Source: Podarcis muralis
Taxonomy: Eukaryota
Assembly (NCBI RefSeq): GCF_964188315.1
Contig: NC_135665.1
Location: forward strand, 66,836,001-66,900,000
DNA length: 64,000 nt
Direction of reading: 5' to 3'
In this document: positions 37,901-46,959 of the stretch, piece by piece
How the letters are laid out: each line of letters starts with the position of its first letter
How positions within the stretch are numbered: position 1 is the stretch's first letter
Made by a program: the position numbers and the translations under genes
The notes under the pieces: generated by a model
The model's database searches: none
What the model saw: the letters and a program-made list of their open reading frames with translations, nothing else
What the model was told of the DNA's origin: nothing

Positions 37901-38693
37901 ATGCCTCTGGAGGGAGGGAGGCGAGGAGGCTTCCCGGCGGAGAGGCGCGTCGGGGCGCCTCCACAGCTGGAGCGGGACTACCAGGACCCCTCCCACCGAG
38001 ATTCTCTCCCGATCAGGATCCTCCGGACCCCGCAAGCCAAGCCAGCGAAACAGACCAGCATCCGCGCCTCCCCTCGCCCCCTTTTGTTCCCTCCTGGCCG
38101 GCCGCGTTGCTGCGCTGCTCTGGGTGCGGCGTGGGGGCCGCTGGTACCCAGGTGATCAAGCGAGGGCAGGATGGAGTCCTGGGAGGCACTTTCCTTTCCC
38201 GCTGAGAAGCCGAACCGGCTGGGAGGGAGCAGAGAGCGAAGGGCACTCTGAGCATGTTCAGAGGCATCCTCTTCCGCCGGCGCCTGCAGGTCGCGTCGGC
38301 ATTCTCGGCCCCTCCAGGGGCGACCTCCGGCTCCGGCCCCGGGAGTAAAGGCGAGGTTGGAGCCGGAGGACGGCACCAGAGCAGCAGCGGCACGCGTGGC
38401 GGTCCCTGGCGGAGCGGCTCTCCCTTCTCCACGCGCCCTCCATCCCGGGGGGAGATGCACTTGCCCCCGGAGCGGGGCCTCCCTTGTGGGTCCCTTGGAA
38501 GATCGGCGGCTCTACCATGTCTACACGGGGATGGGGGCGGATCTGGGGGCTTCAGCCGCACTGTTGACCCACCTGCCTCCGAGTGGGGCCCCTCCGCGTC
38601 CTCTTCGTGGGCATCGGCGGCGGCCCAGGCGAGCAGGGCGGCCAGCAGGAGGAGGCGGCTGCGGGGCAGCCCTCGCCAGTCCCGGGCGCGCAT
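15333..38693 (-). CDS. CA9: Carbonic anhydrase 9 (membrane-bound alpha-CA), 12 coding exons, 402 aa
   Basis: Exons on the minus strand: 38573-38693, 32940-32981, 32001-32171, 22247-22392, 20943-21035, 20714-20780, 20088-20245, 19662-19803, 17520-17600, 16348-16371, 15741-15834, 15333-15402 (1209 nt, all GT-AG, frame continuous). It has a signal peptide, QSPINI, NNGHT (His64), QLHLHW and EIHVV (three Zn His), GSLTTPPC, a TM helix and a short tail. It sits between TPM2 and a head-to-head ARHGEF39, as human CA9 does. Confidence 0.93.
15741..15834 (-). CDS. CA9: CA9 transmembrane exon 11 ([31 protein letters not shown])
   Basis: Matches the recalled human GDILALVFGLLFAVTSVAFLV segment; canonical splice sites. 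Confidence 0.93.
16270..16304. repeat. (GT)n microsatellite
   Basis: About 17 TG units. Confidence 0.95.
16348..16371 (-). CDS. CA9: CA9 stalk micro-exon 10 (GQSPATSS)
   Basis: gtgttttag acceptor; CAG|gtaaga donor; 24 nt, phase 1-1. Position matches the small pre-TM exon of mammalian CA9. Confidence 0.7.
16660..16694. repeat. (TGAT)n microsatellite
   Basis: About 8 tetranucleotide units. Confidence 0.95.
17520..17600 (-). CDS. CA9: CA9 stalk exon 9 ([27 protein letters not shown])
   Basis: cctgcag acceptor; CAG|gtaagg donor; 81 nt, phase 1-1, open in frame. Called on splice signals only. Confidence 0.65.
18245..18415 (+). mobile_element. CR1 LINE 3' end
   Basis: Ends ttggactcgatggcccttgtggtctattccaactctaggattctatgattcta. 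Same subfamily as 54796-55035. Confidence 0.8.
19662..19803 (-). CDS. CA9: CA9 exon 8 ([47 protein letters not shown])
   Basis: 142 nt; DNFR..Q.L.GR.V.ASF motif. Confidence 0.94.
20088..20245 (-). CDS. CA9: CA9 exon 7 ([53 protein letters not shown])
   Basis: 158 nt; GSLTTPPC motif. Confidence 0.95.
20714..20780 (-). CDS. CA9: CA9 exon 6 ([22 protein letters not shown])
   Basis: 67 nt; AG|gtaaga donor. Confidence 0.93.
20943..21035 (-). CDS. CA9: CA9 exon 5 ([31 protein letters not shown])
   Basis: 93 nt; contains the third Zn His. Confidence 0.95.
21340..21803 (+). mobile_element. L2-type LINE 3' end with (ATT)n tail
   Basis: Ends gctgccctgagccc...gaagggcggggtataaataaa followed by an (ATT)n array at 21772-21803. 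Confidence 0.7.
22247..22392 (-). CDS. CA9: CA9 exon 4 ([10 protein letters not shown]...[26 protein letters not shown])
   Basis: 146 nt; contains the Zn-binding HxH. Confidence 0.95.
24257..24480. mobile_element. Tc1/mariner-type MITE
   Basis: TIRs CAGTGGTACCTC / GAGGTACCACTG with internal caggttaagaac repeats. A right-half copy lies at about 26867-27015. Confidence 0.85.
25549..25684. mobile_element. hAT-type palindromic MITE
   Basis: TIRs CAGGCATCCCCAAC / GTTGGGGGTGCCTA; 8-bp flanks ctctagga / gtctagga. Confidence 0.85.
25870..26450 (+). mobile_element. Degraded RTE-clade LINE reverse transcriptase fragment
   Basis: Frameshifted RT motifs: [48 protein letters not shown]. Confidence 0.85.
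26611..26869 (-). repeat. LTR-like direct repeat, copy 1
   Basis: Highly similar to 29941-30155. On the minus strand it has AATAAA followed by a GT-rich tract and ends in CA. Confidence 0.7.
28920..29880. mobile_element. Old L2 LINE ORF2 fragments (minus, then plus)
   Basis: Minus frame [23 protein letters not shown] (RT GVPQGS motif). Plus-strand SRLxYCN...WKLQLV remnant at about 29770-29880. Confidence 0.65.
29941..30155 (-). repeat. LTR-like direct repeat, copy 2
   Basis: Same start (tgtc..tgtt.cagga) and same end (ccaaccttgatggt) as copy 1. Confidence 0.7.
30240..30600 (+). mobile_element. L2 LINE 3' end with (TTA)n tail
   Basis: Same family as 40270-41180. Ends cccagccagatgggcggggtataaataataaattattatt. 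Confidence 0.85.
30645..30970 (+). mobile_element. Probable solo LTR
   Basis: TGTAAT...TTAACA termini, a TATA-like ctaataaaag, AATAAA at about 30870, and an internal 11-bp ATGATGTAGT triplet. No clear TSD. Confidence 0.5.
31160..31740 (+). mobile_element. Old L2 LINE 3' portion
   Basis: Remnant reads [21 protein letters not shown], followed by a 3' UTR-like T-rich tail. Confidence 0.6.
32001..32171 (-). CDS. CA9: CA9 exon 3 ([22 protein letters not shown]...LRLQNNGHT)
   Basis: 171 nt with canonical splice sites. Confidence 0.95.
32940..32981 (-). CDS. CA9: CA9 exon 2 ([14 protein letters not shown])
   Basis: ctttccag acceptor; CAG|gtaaag donor; carries the HWSY motif that opens the alpha-CA domain. 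Confidence 0.88.
34875..34903. repeat. (CT)n microsatellite
   Basis: About 14 units. Confidence 0.95.
36260..36579 (+). repeat. 320-bp duplicated segment, copy A (CA9 intron 1)
   Basis: About 96% identical by manual alignment (roughly 12 substitutions) to 54614-55177 once a CR1 insert is removed from that copy. Confidence 0.9.
38573..38693 (-). CDS. CA9: CA9 exon 1 (signal peptide [40 protein letters not shown])
   Basis: ATG downstream of a TATA box; hydrophobic signal; CAG|gtgggt donor in phase 1. Confidence 0.85.
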
Positions 38694-38777
38694 CGTCCTC
38701 GCTGCACGCGGCTCCCTCTACGCCTGGCCGAGTGGGACCGGCAGGCGCTCAGGACGGCCGACGGGGCGGGCGCGCCC

Positions 38778-38784
38778 TTTTATA
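38778..38784 (-). promoter_or_regulatory. TATA box (TATAAAA) of CA9
   Basis: The minus strand reads GGCTATAAAAGGGCGCGCCC, 85 nt upstream of the ATG. Confidence 0.75.
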
Positions 38785-38839
38785 GCCAGGACCTGTCGCT
38801 GCTACCGCCGCCTCCTCCGGGGAGCCCCGCGGGCTGAAA

Positions 38840-38853
38840 GCGCCCCCTCCTGG
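38840..38853 (-). promoter_or_regulatory. CTCF-like motif upstream of CA9
   Basis: CCAGGAGGGGGCGC versus consensus CCAGCAGGGGGCGC (13 of 14). Confidence 0.45.
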
Positions 38854-39114
38854 CTCCTGGCTCTGGGGGACTATCTCCCGGCTGAGCCTGGGAGCTCTGC
38901 CCTGCCCTGGTGCCGTTCTTCCCAGCGCTCGCCAGGACACCCTCGGCCATGGTCGCCCCTGAGACGCACCAGCCGGCTTACTCCTCTCAGCTGCTCCTAC
39001 AGAGCCTCTCTTTGTCTTAAAGGCCCCTTCGGAGCTTGGTAGCCACCAGTCTAAATTACCCACAATGACCCAGAGTCTCCAATAGAGCATTGCTCTGCTG
39101 CATTGTGGGGCACC

Positions 39115-39300
39115 AAAGAGATTTAGCTCAGTTGCAGAGCATTTGCCTGCTTGCATGCAGAAGGTTGCAGGTTCAATCCCTGGCTGGCACTATCTCCAGG
39201 TAGGGCAAAGGAAAGGGTTCCTACCTGAAACTCTGGGGAACTGCAGCTGCCAGTCAGAGTAGACAGTAGTGAGCTAGACAGCAGACTCTAATGCTCCTAC
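39115..39300 (+). mobile_element. tRNA-derived SINE (Squam3-like)
   Basis: A box tagctcagttgcagagc and B box ggttcaatccc, followed by a non-tRNA body. Confidence 0.75.
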
Positions 39301-39959
39301 TTTAATGGATGGTTTGGAGCTGCCTGCCTGCCAGAACTAGTGGGGTCATTCAGTGGTGAGGCCCCAGCAGCTGCTGAGGATTCTCAGGTGCACTGATCCT
39401 GTGGGGTGGAGACTCAGCTCCCAAACTGATCTCAGAAGGAGCTGCAACAGCAGGTCTCCCTTCAAGCCTTGGAAATGGTGTAAGAGGGAAGGTGGCCACA
39501 TCCCAATGCAAGAGGGCAGGTGAGAATGTTCACCTGTGAATGCTGCCACACCTCCATATTTTGGAGTGCAAATCATGCAGGATCTCCACCTCTCACTAAC
39601 CAAACAGAGAGTCTTGTTGCAGCTTGAAGACTAACATTTGTTGTGGCATAAGACCCTTTGTTGTGTTCTCTTGCAAAGATTAATACTGCCCACTCCACTC
39701 CCTGGAATTTGTCGTCATATCAATCCTAAAATAAACTTTTGGTTTTCACATACTACACATTATTATTATTATTATTTATTAAACTTGTTAGTAATTTTAT
39801 CTTGTTCAAAACAACTTACCAACCAACCAACCAAAAAAACAAAACACCAAACCCTTAGAAACAAGAGGAAACCAAGAGGAAAGAGAAAACCATTAAAAAT
39901 GTCCCACCCACTTCTAAAAGGCCACAGATACTTAAAAGCTAAAGGCCTGATCATAGAGG

Positions 39960-40262
39960 AAAGTTTTCACCTGGTATCTAACAACATGTAACAAAGGTGC
40001 CAGGCAAACCTCCCTAGGAGGAATATTCCACAAATGGGAGCCACTGCAGAAGGTTCATTCACGTGTTGCCACCCTCCAGACCTTGCATAGAGGAGGCAGA
40101 CAAAGAAGGGCTCTGATGATGATTGCAGGGTCTGGGTGGGTTCATATGGGGAAGGGCCGTCCTTGATGTATTGTGCTCCTGAGCTGCTTACGGCTTTACA
40201 GGTCAAAACCAGCACTTTGCATTGGTCCCAGAAACTAATTGGCAACCAGTGCAGTCAGGCCA
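39960..40262 (-). mobile_element. L2-type LINE 3' fragment
   Basis: Minus strand reads LHWLPISFWDQCKVLVLTCKAV. Same family as the BovB host element at 51280-53060. Confidence 0.75.
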
Positions 40263-40268
40263 CGATTG

Positions 40269-40269
<1 letters not shown>

Positions 40270-40300
<31 letters not shown>

Positions 40301-41180
40301 TATTAATAATAATAATTTATAGCCTGCCCATCTGGCTGGATTGCCCCAACCACTCTGGTTGGCTTTCAACACATAAAAACAATGATAAAATGTCAAACAT
40401 TAAGAACTTCCAGATACAGGGATGCCTTCAGATGTCTTCTAAATGTTGTGTAGTTCTTTATCTCCTTGAAATCTGATGGGAGGCCATTCCACAGGAAAGG
40501 TGTCATTGCTGAGAAGGTCTTCTGCCTGGTTCCCTGTAACTTCATTTCTCTCAGTGAGGGAACTGCCAGAAGATCATCAGAGCTGGACCTCAGTGTCTGG
40601 GCTGGAAGATGGGGTGGAGACACTCGTTCAAGTATACAGGGCTGAGGCCATTTAGGGATTTAAAGGTCAGCTTCAACATGTTGAACTGTGCTCAGAAAAG
40701 TCCTGTGGGGCAGTGAAGATCCTTTAGAACCAGTGTTATATGGTCTCGGCGGCCGCCCCCAGTCACCAGTCTAGCTGCCACATTCTGGATTAATTGTAGT
40801 TTCCAAGTCACCTTCAAAGGGAGCCCCACATAGAGCGCATTGCAGTAGTCCAAGCGGGAGATAACCAGAGCATGCACCACTCTGGTGAGACAGTCTGCAG
40901 GCAGGTAGGGTCTCATCCTGCGTACCAGATGGAGCTGGGAGACAGCTGCCCTGGACACAGAATTGACCTGCACCTCCATGGACAGTTGTGAGTCCAAAAT
41001 GACCCCCAGGCTGCACACCTGGTACTTCAAGGACACAGTTATACCATTCAGGACCAGGGAGTCCCCTGCCCCTCAGAAACAGTCTTCTGTCTTGCTGGGA
41101 TTCAACTTCATTCCGTTAGGCGCCATCCATCCTCCAACCGCCTCCAGACACTCACACAGACTTTCACTGGTTCTGATTTA
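40270..41180 (-). mobile_element. L2 LINE, 5'-truncated, with (TAA)n tail
   Basis: Minus frame LGVILDSQLSM...HALVISRLDYCNALYVGLPLK..KLQLIQNVAARL..DHIT.VL..LH. Microsatellite tail at 40270-40320. Confidence 0.9.
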
Positions 41181-41199
41181 AATGAGAGATAGATTAACC

Positions 41200-41650
41200 T
41201 GCCTCAGTGAGCAACCTGGCCACTTACTTCTGCCCCACCTGACAGTTGGTCATCCAACATGTGCTTAAAAACCTCCAAGAAAGGAGAGTCCACAATCTCC
41301 TGAGGGAGTCTGTTCCACTGTTGAACAGCTATTACCATCAGAAAGTTTTTCCTGATGTTTAGTTGGAACCTCCTTTCTTGTACCTTGAATCCATTGGTGA
41401 GTTATACCCTCCAGAACAGCAGAAAACAAACTCATTCCAACTCATTCCCCGTGACAGCCCTTCAGATATTTGAAGATGGCTGTTGTGTCTCCTCTTTTCA
41501 AGGCTAAACATACCCAACTCTTTAAGCTGCTCCTTATAATGCTTGGTTTCTAGACACTTTATCATCTTGGTTGCCCTCCTCTGCACACCTTCCAGTTTGT
41601 CAATATCCTTCTTAAAATGTGCTGCTCAGAACTGGACACAGGACTCCAGT
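41200..41650 (-). mobile_element. CR1 LINE fragment
   Basis: Minus frame [12 protein letters not shown]...[13 protein letters not shown]. Confidence 0.85.
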
Positions 41651-41689
41651 ACTGTTACTCATTTATGAACAAGTAAAAAAGCACACACC

Positions 41690-41890
41690 CAGTTTCCATG
41701 CGCTCTGTCACTTGTCACAGTCCTCCGTGTGCCAGTAGCAATTTACTCATGCTGGTCACATGACCAGGAAAGCTGTCTATGGACAAACGCCAGCTCCCTC
41801 AGCCTGAAAAGCGAGATGAGCACTGCACCCCATAGTTGCCTTTGACTGGACTTAACTGTCCAGTGGTCTATTATCTTTACCTTTTACCTT
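41690..41890 (+). mobile_element. Sauria SINE fragment
   Basis: cacatgaccaggaaagctgtctatggacaaacgcc body with an (ACCTTT)-type tail. Confidence 0.75.
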
Positions 41891-42289
41891 TGGGGACTCC
41901 ACTGTTTGCTTCTCTCCATTTGGAGTACTGTCCATTTACTCCTACTCACTGGCAGAGGAATAGGGGGGCAGGGGGAGTGCACCGACACCAGCACCATCAG
42001 GGAGGGAGGTACCATCGCAGCAGCCCCCCGGACATGTGCTGCGCACCCCCACACACACCGCGCCTGGTGTCACGGCCCCACAGGCAGCACCTTGTCCCCA
42101 GGACGCACACTCTGCCCCCAGTGCCGGGGCATGCAGCTTCACCACTGTTCCCACTCTCTTCTTTCTGCAACTTAACGAATTCCTGATCTACAAGGGGACC
42201 TCCTTGCCTCTTAGTCCATGGCTGCTAAGCTTACCGTACTCACAAGTCTTTGGCTTGTTGAAAGTTTTTTTTAAGTTTTTAAGTTTTTT

Positions 42290-42535
42290 TAAAGTCCAAG
42301 TGCACCATGTCAGCCAGGTCACTTTTATCTTTATGCTTGTTGACACTCCCAAATAACCCAAATAGATTAATGGAACAGGACTTTCCCTTGCAGAAGCCAT
42401 GCTGGCTTTGCTTCAGTAGGGCTTGTTCTTCTATGTGCTTAGTTATTTTATCCTTAACAATACTTTCTACCAATTTTCTCAAGTTATACATTAAGCTGAG
42501 CAGCCTGTAGTTTCCAGGATCACCCCTGAAGTCCA
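42290..42535 (-). mobile_element. CR1 ORF2 RT fragment
   Basis: GNYRLLSL...KLVESIVKDKI...QSQHGFCKGKSC...VHLDFKK. Confidence 0.85.
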
Positions 42536-42629
42536 TCACCACCCCACTCCTTTCAGCAGCATTTCAAGGCCTAGAAGAGAGGCTCAGAAAGCCCTGGGGA
42601 CAAAGATAACCACTTTAGCAAAGAAAATA

Positions 42630-42861
42630 CCGTATTTTTCGCTCTATAAGACACACCAGACCATAAGACGCACCTAGTTTTTGGAGGAGGAAAGCAAGAA
42701 AAAAATATTCTGAATCCCAGAAGCCAGAATAGCAGCGATCCCTCTTGCTGTTCTGGCTTCTGGGATAGCTGCACAACCTGCATTCGCTCCATAAGACGCA
42801 CACACATTTCCCCTTACTTTTTAGGAGGGAAAAAGTGAGTCTTATAGAGCAAAAAATTTGG
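42630..42861. mobile_element. Tigger/pogo-type MITE
   Basis: TA|CCGTATTTTTCGCTCTATAAGAC ... GTCTTATAGAGCAAAAAATTTGG|TA. Confidence 0.85.
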
Positions 42862-44109
42862 TAGATTATAAGCACAGAAAATAGGGAGCTAAGCAAGCAA
42901 TGATGCAGTTACTGGGACATTGAGCTTGTTTGGCAATGCAAGAGGTGGTTGCCTGCAGTTCCAGGACATGCTGCAGACAGAAGAGTGACCAGAGTGGTTC
43001 TTGGTCAGAAGGAACCACATCAGAAAGCAAAGGTCCTATCCTGGCTGGGAAGGGGAACAGAGCCCCCTCCTCATATTCCATGGCTTACTCAGGAGTCTTT
43101 GGTGAGGTACCCAGGAGCACATGTGATTGGCATAACCCATCCATCCACATGCTTGCCATTTTCACACAAACTGCAGAAGCATGGGTGTAGTGGGGTGGGG
43201 GTGGGTGAGAGCAGAGCCCTGGGCGCATGATTTTTACAGGATGGAAGCCAGACCCGCCCCCCCCCAAGGATCACTCCCCTGCCCTGCCTGCTGCCGGGGG
43301 TCTCTGAGCCCTGGAGCCTGGCTTGCCCTTGCCACCACATCCCCAGCCACCCTGTATGAGTGGCTAGGACCCCCGCTTGGCTCCAGGGCCCAGGGCTGAG
43401 CTGGTGCATGGGCTCCGTCAACCCTCCACACCTGTTTGCACATGCCTAGCAGCATGGGCAGCGAGGGCTGGCCTGGTGGCTTCTGTTGGCCTGGCGGCTT
43501 CTGTTGGCCTGGCGCTCCCTGGGTGCCAAATAAGGATGCAACACCCAGAAGGGTCACACTTTTTAGGAAACTACCATTCCACTGATCCCAGTGGTAAAAG
43601 ATGCTTTTGAGCAAGGGAATTTAGTATTTTCTGAAATGGTTCAAATAAAATGACACAAAATGTCAAAGCCTGTCACATTGAAAATATTTTCATTAGGCTA
43701 ATAGGCTATCTTGCAAAAATTACTTAATTTTGTTCATCCTCAGCATTGCCATGCAGTTAAAAGCCTCTGAGGTCGGTTGATGGTTAAGAAAAGCTACTGA
43801 TCAAAGGAGAAAACAGAGGAGGAGGAGACCCAACACTTGCTGCTGCCTCTGACCCCACAGGGACAAACAGCAAAATGATCCTGAATGCCTGAAGTGACTT
43901 TAATGATTTCTTGTACACCACTTAAAGGTTTTGTTACAATTAAACAGCATATACATTTTGTATAATAGATAAAAATAAATCAAAGGTTACTACATATTTT
44001 ATTGGATCCATGTGTCTGTATTATGCAATGCTTGTTTGCCACTTGTCCCCCCCCCCCTTAATGACATTTCGTTATCTGTTCAGTACCTGTACCTGCCATA
44101 GGTATATCT

Positions 44110-44295
44110 GGGTGAGGGGCAATAAACGGTGACTGAATCCTGACAAGGCAGAGGTGTTGTGGACTGGCGGCTCTCAGGCCCTGGAACTGGGTGCAAAGCG
44201 TGTCCTGGAAAGGGCTGCGCTCCCTTTGAAAGAGCAGGTGGGGAGCCTGGGGCTTCTCTTTGACCCACATTTATCATTGGAGGCCTGGGTGGCAT
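44110..44295 (+). mobile_element. L2 ORF2 fragment
   Basis: LNPDKAEVLW...LPLKEQVGSLGLLFDPHLSLEAWV. Confidence 0.75.
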
Positions 44296-44822
44296 CAGTA
44301 ACACATGGCTCTGCCAGCTGCAACCATCCCTGGGCAGAGAGAAATTGGAACGCTAAATAAATAAATCTGCACTGCCAATATATTTATTTTTAATCATGGT
44401 TTCTTTTCCTTCAGAAAACGGATGCAACCTTGATCCTATGAAGAGGGAAGGGCTGGTCAATAAGGCAGGACAAAGATCAGTACAAAGCAAAGGTGAGATG
44501 GGCTGGAAACCAGGAAGGAGGGCAGAAAAGACCTGCTTCTGCTCCTTGGGAAGGAATGCCCATCAAATTTGTGGGGGCCCAGCCCCCTCAAACATTTTAT
44601 TGTGGGGGCCAAAGCCCTCACAGCCCATAGGAGTTGGCTCCTATGAGATGAACAAATATAGGATGGGGGACACCAGCCTTCCTAGTAGTGAGAAGGATCA
44701 AGAAGTCTAGACCACAAGCTGAAGAAGAGTCAGCAGTGTGATGCAGCAGCAAATAAAGTTAATGCTGTTCTAGGCTGCATCAACAGAAGTATAGTATTCC
44801 ATTCAAGAGAAGTCATGGTACC

Positions 44823-45385
44823 TGTGATGGCCTCAGAGGCTGAACCGGAGGAACCCCAGCCTGCACAGGAGTCCCCGCCTCCAGGGCCGGCTGAACTGGG
44901 GCAGGGCCTTGGATCTGAAGCACCTGCACCTGTGCTGGATCCTCAGGAGCAGGCACCAGGTGAATCCACTCTGGCTCCGGAGGTGGTTGAGGACACAGTG
45001 CCTACAGGTGCGCCTCTCCCAGCCCTGTCAGGGGAAGGTGAGTCTCCCCCTGGGTCCAGTAACCCTCCAGCCTCTCCTGAGCTGCAGAGACTCAGGGCAG
45101 AGAGGCGGAGGGAACTGGTTTCTCCCAGGAGGAGTGCTCGCCTTAAGGCCAGGAGAGGCGGGTCTCCGGGGGGCGGGGACCGCCCCTGGCCTCAGAAAAG
45201 ATAAAGGTGAGTCAGCCCGGTCTCAGGTTGCGGGAGCAACGTCGTTGAAGAGCTGTTTCGGCCAGCACCCTGTCCTGTTCCTCGAGAGTTCCTGTCCTTG
45301 CCCGGCTCCTCGCTGTGGACCCCACTTCGCCTGTGGAGGACTGTCTGCCGACCCTCGACTCGCCCCACGGTAACCTCCCCCTGGG
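44823..45385 (+). mobile_element. LTR-like insertion with a 129-codon low-complexity ORF
   Basis: Begins TGTGATGG exactly inside CR1 and has a TATA-like GATAAAG. The 3' end and TSD are ambiguous. Confidence 0.5.
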
Positions 45386-45526
45386 ACCATTCTGCTTTGC
45401 TCAGACTGCATTCTGAGTCCTGTGTAATGTTCTGGGAGCCACAATTTAAGGAGGATATTGACAAGCTGGAACATGTACAGAGGAGGGCAACCAAGATGAT
45501 CAAGGGTCTGAAAACCAAGCCTTATG

Positions 45527-46359
45527 TTCTTTCTCCTTTGGGGGACGTGCCCAAGGATTAAGGCTTTCTGGGAGACGATATATAATGAATTGAAAAAGGT
45601 ATTTAAATATTAAATATACCTTCTTGAAGAAACCAGAGGCCTTTCTCCTGGGCATAGTTGACCAATCGGTGTTAAAGAAGGATAGAACTTTCTTTATGTA
45701 CGCTACAACAGCAGCAAGAATACTTATTGCAAAGTATTGGAAGACACAAGATATACCCACTCTGGAAGAATGGCAGATGAAGGTGATGGATTACATGGAG
45801 TTGGCGGAAATGACTGGCAGGATCCGAGACCAGGAAGAAGAGTCAGCGGAAGAAGACTGGAAGAAATTTAAAGACTATCTACAGAGATATTGTAAAATTA
45901 ATGAATGTTAGAATGATGTTGGATTGAAATTAAGTGGTTTCTAGCTGTAATGGTATAAAATAATATGAAAAAATGGTTTTTTATAAGTAAAAATTCAAGG
46001 TTATAATGATTTAAGATTAAAGATCAGGGTAAAATAAAGAGGGAAAGAAACTGCTGAACTAATAAATAGAACTGGAATACAAAAAAGGGAGGTATGAGGA
46101 GGTCCAGGAAACAAGTAAATGAAAAATAAATGATGAAAAGATTGACTGTTTTAACTGTTTTTATTTGTATTTTTTTATAAGATATTTATTAAAGTTTTCC
46201 ATTTTATACAAACAAAAAGAAAAACGTAAAAAGAAAAAATATTAAAAACGCATACATTTCACAACTTATTTTTTTTATTTGTATTTTTTCTTTTTTCTTT
46301 TTCTATTTTGTAATATTGTAAAAACCCTAATAAAAAATTTATATATAAAAAAAGAAACC
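45527..46359 (+). mobile_element. 5'-truncated LINE-1 (ORF2 C-terminus, 3' UTR and A-tail)
   Basis: Reads WGTCPRIKAFWETIYNELKK...KKPEAFLLGIV...AARILIAKYWK..IPTLEEW...WKKFKDYL. AATAAA and A-rich tail; 13-bp TSD ACCAAGCCTTATG at 45514-45526 and 46360-46372. Confidence 0.92.
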
Positions 46360-46594
46360 ACCAAGCCTTATGAGGAGTGGTTGAGGGAGCTGGGTATGTT
46401 TAGCCTGGAGAAGAGGAGACTGAGGAGATATGATAGACATCTCCAAATATCTCAAGGGCAGTCACAGGGAAGATGCAGCAAGCTTTCTTTCTTCTGCTCT
46501 GCAGTGTAGGACTTGATCAGCTAGAGCCTGATGAAACACCAGGATGAACTTTTTGACAGAAAGAGCTATCTCAGTCAACCTAGCAGTTGGAAAG

Positions 46595-46765
46595 CATACC
46601 AGGTGCTGCTGCGGCCGTCACGGTGTCCCGTTGGCCAGAAGCGGTTTAGTCCTGCTGGCCACATGACCCGGAAAGCTGCCTGTGGACAAACGCCATGGTC
46701 GCAACTCCAGTCGCCTTTGCCTGGCCTTAACTGTCCAGGGGTCCTTTACCTTTACCTTTTACCTA
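46595..46765 (+). mobile_element. Sauria SINE fragment
   Basis: cacatgacccggaaagctgcctgtggacaaacgcc body with an (ACCTTT)n tail. Confidence 0.8.
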
Positions 46766-46959
46766 TTAGACAGTGGACCAGTCTCCCTCAGGAGGTGATG
46801 GACTCTCCTTCACGGGAGGTTTTTAAGCAGAGATGGCCATCTGAAAGAAATTCTTCGGCTGAGATTCCTGCATTGCAGGCTGTTAGACTCGGGTCCCATC
46901 AAACTCTACAGTGCTATGATTCTATGAATACATTTATGATTAAAAAAGAAAGAAAGAAG

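Larger units (their letters stand above)
37500..38960. promoter_or_regulatory. CpG island over the CA9 promoter, exon 1 and proximal intron 1
   Basis: Dense CpG and GC boxes. Confidence 0.85.
44650..46500 (+). mobile_element. CR1 LINE split into three pieces (about 44650-44822, 45385-45526, 46360-46500) by later insertions
   Basis: The pieces are colinear with CR1 ORF2 (SQQCDAAA..VNAVLGCINRSIV / ..[27 protein letters not shown] / [18 protein letters not shown]). Confidence 0.85.

Noticed and set aside
4490-38693. First reading as the APH1A-CA14 locus (human 1q21 type)
   Set aside because: The flanking tropomyosin exon is TPM2-type, ARHGEF39 is head-to-head with the CA gene, and the TM exon and tail fit CA9.
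38254-39042. 262-aa plus-strand ORF antisense to CA9 exon 1
   Set aside because: CpG-island artefact, Ser/Arg/Gly/Pro-rich, with no domain.
39115-39190. tRNA gene
   Set aside because: A and B boxes are present but there is no cloverleaf, and the sequence continues into a SINE body.
43469-43514. 18-bp tandem repeat (about 2.5 units) as a CRISPR-like or coding repeat
   Set aside because: Simple minisatellite with no spacers, in a eukaryotic context.
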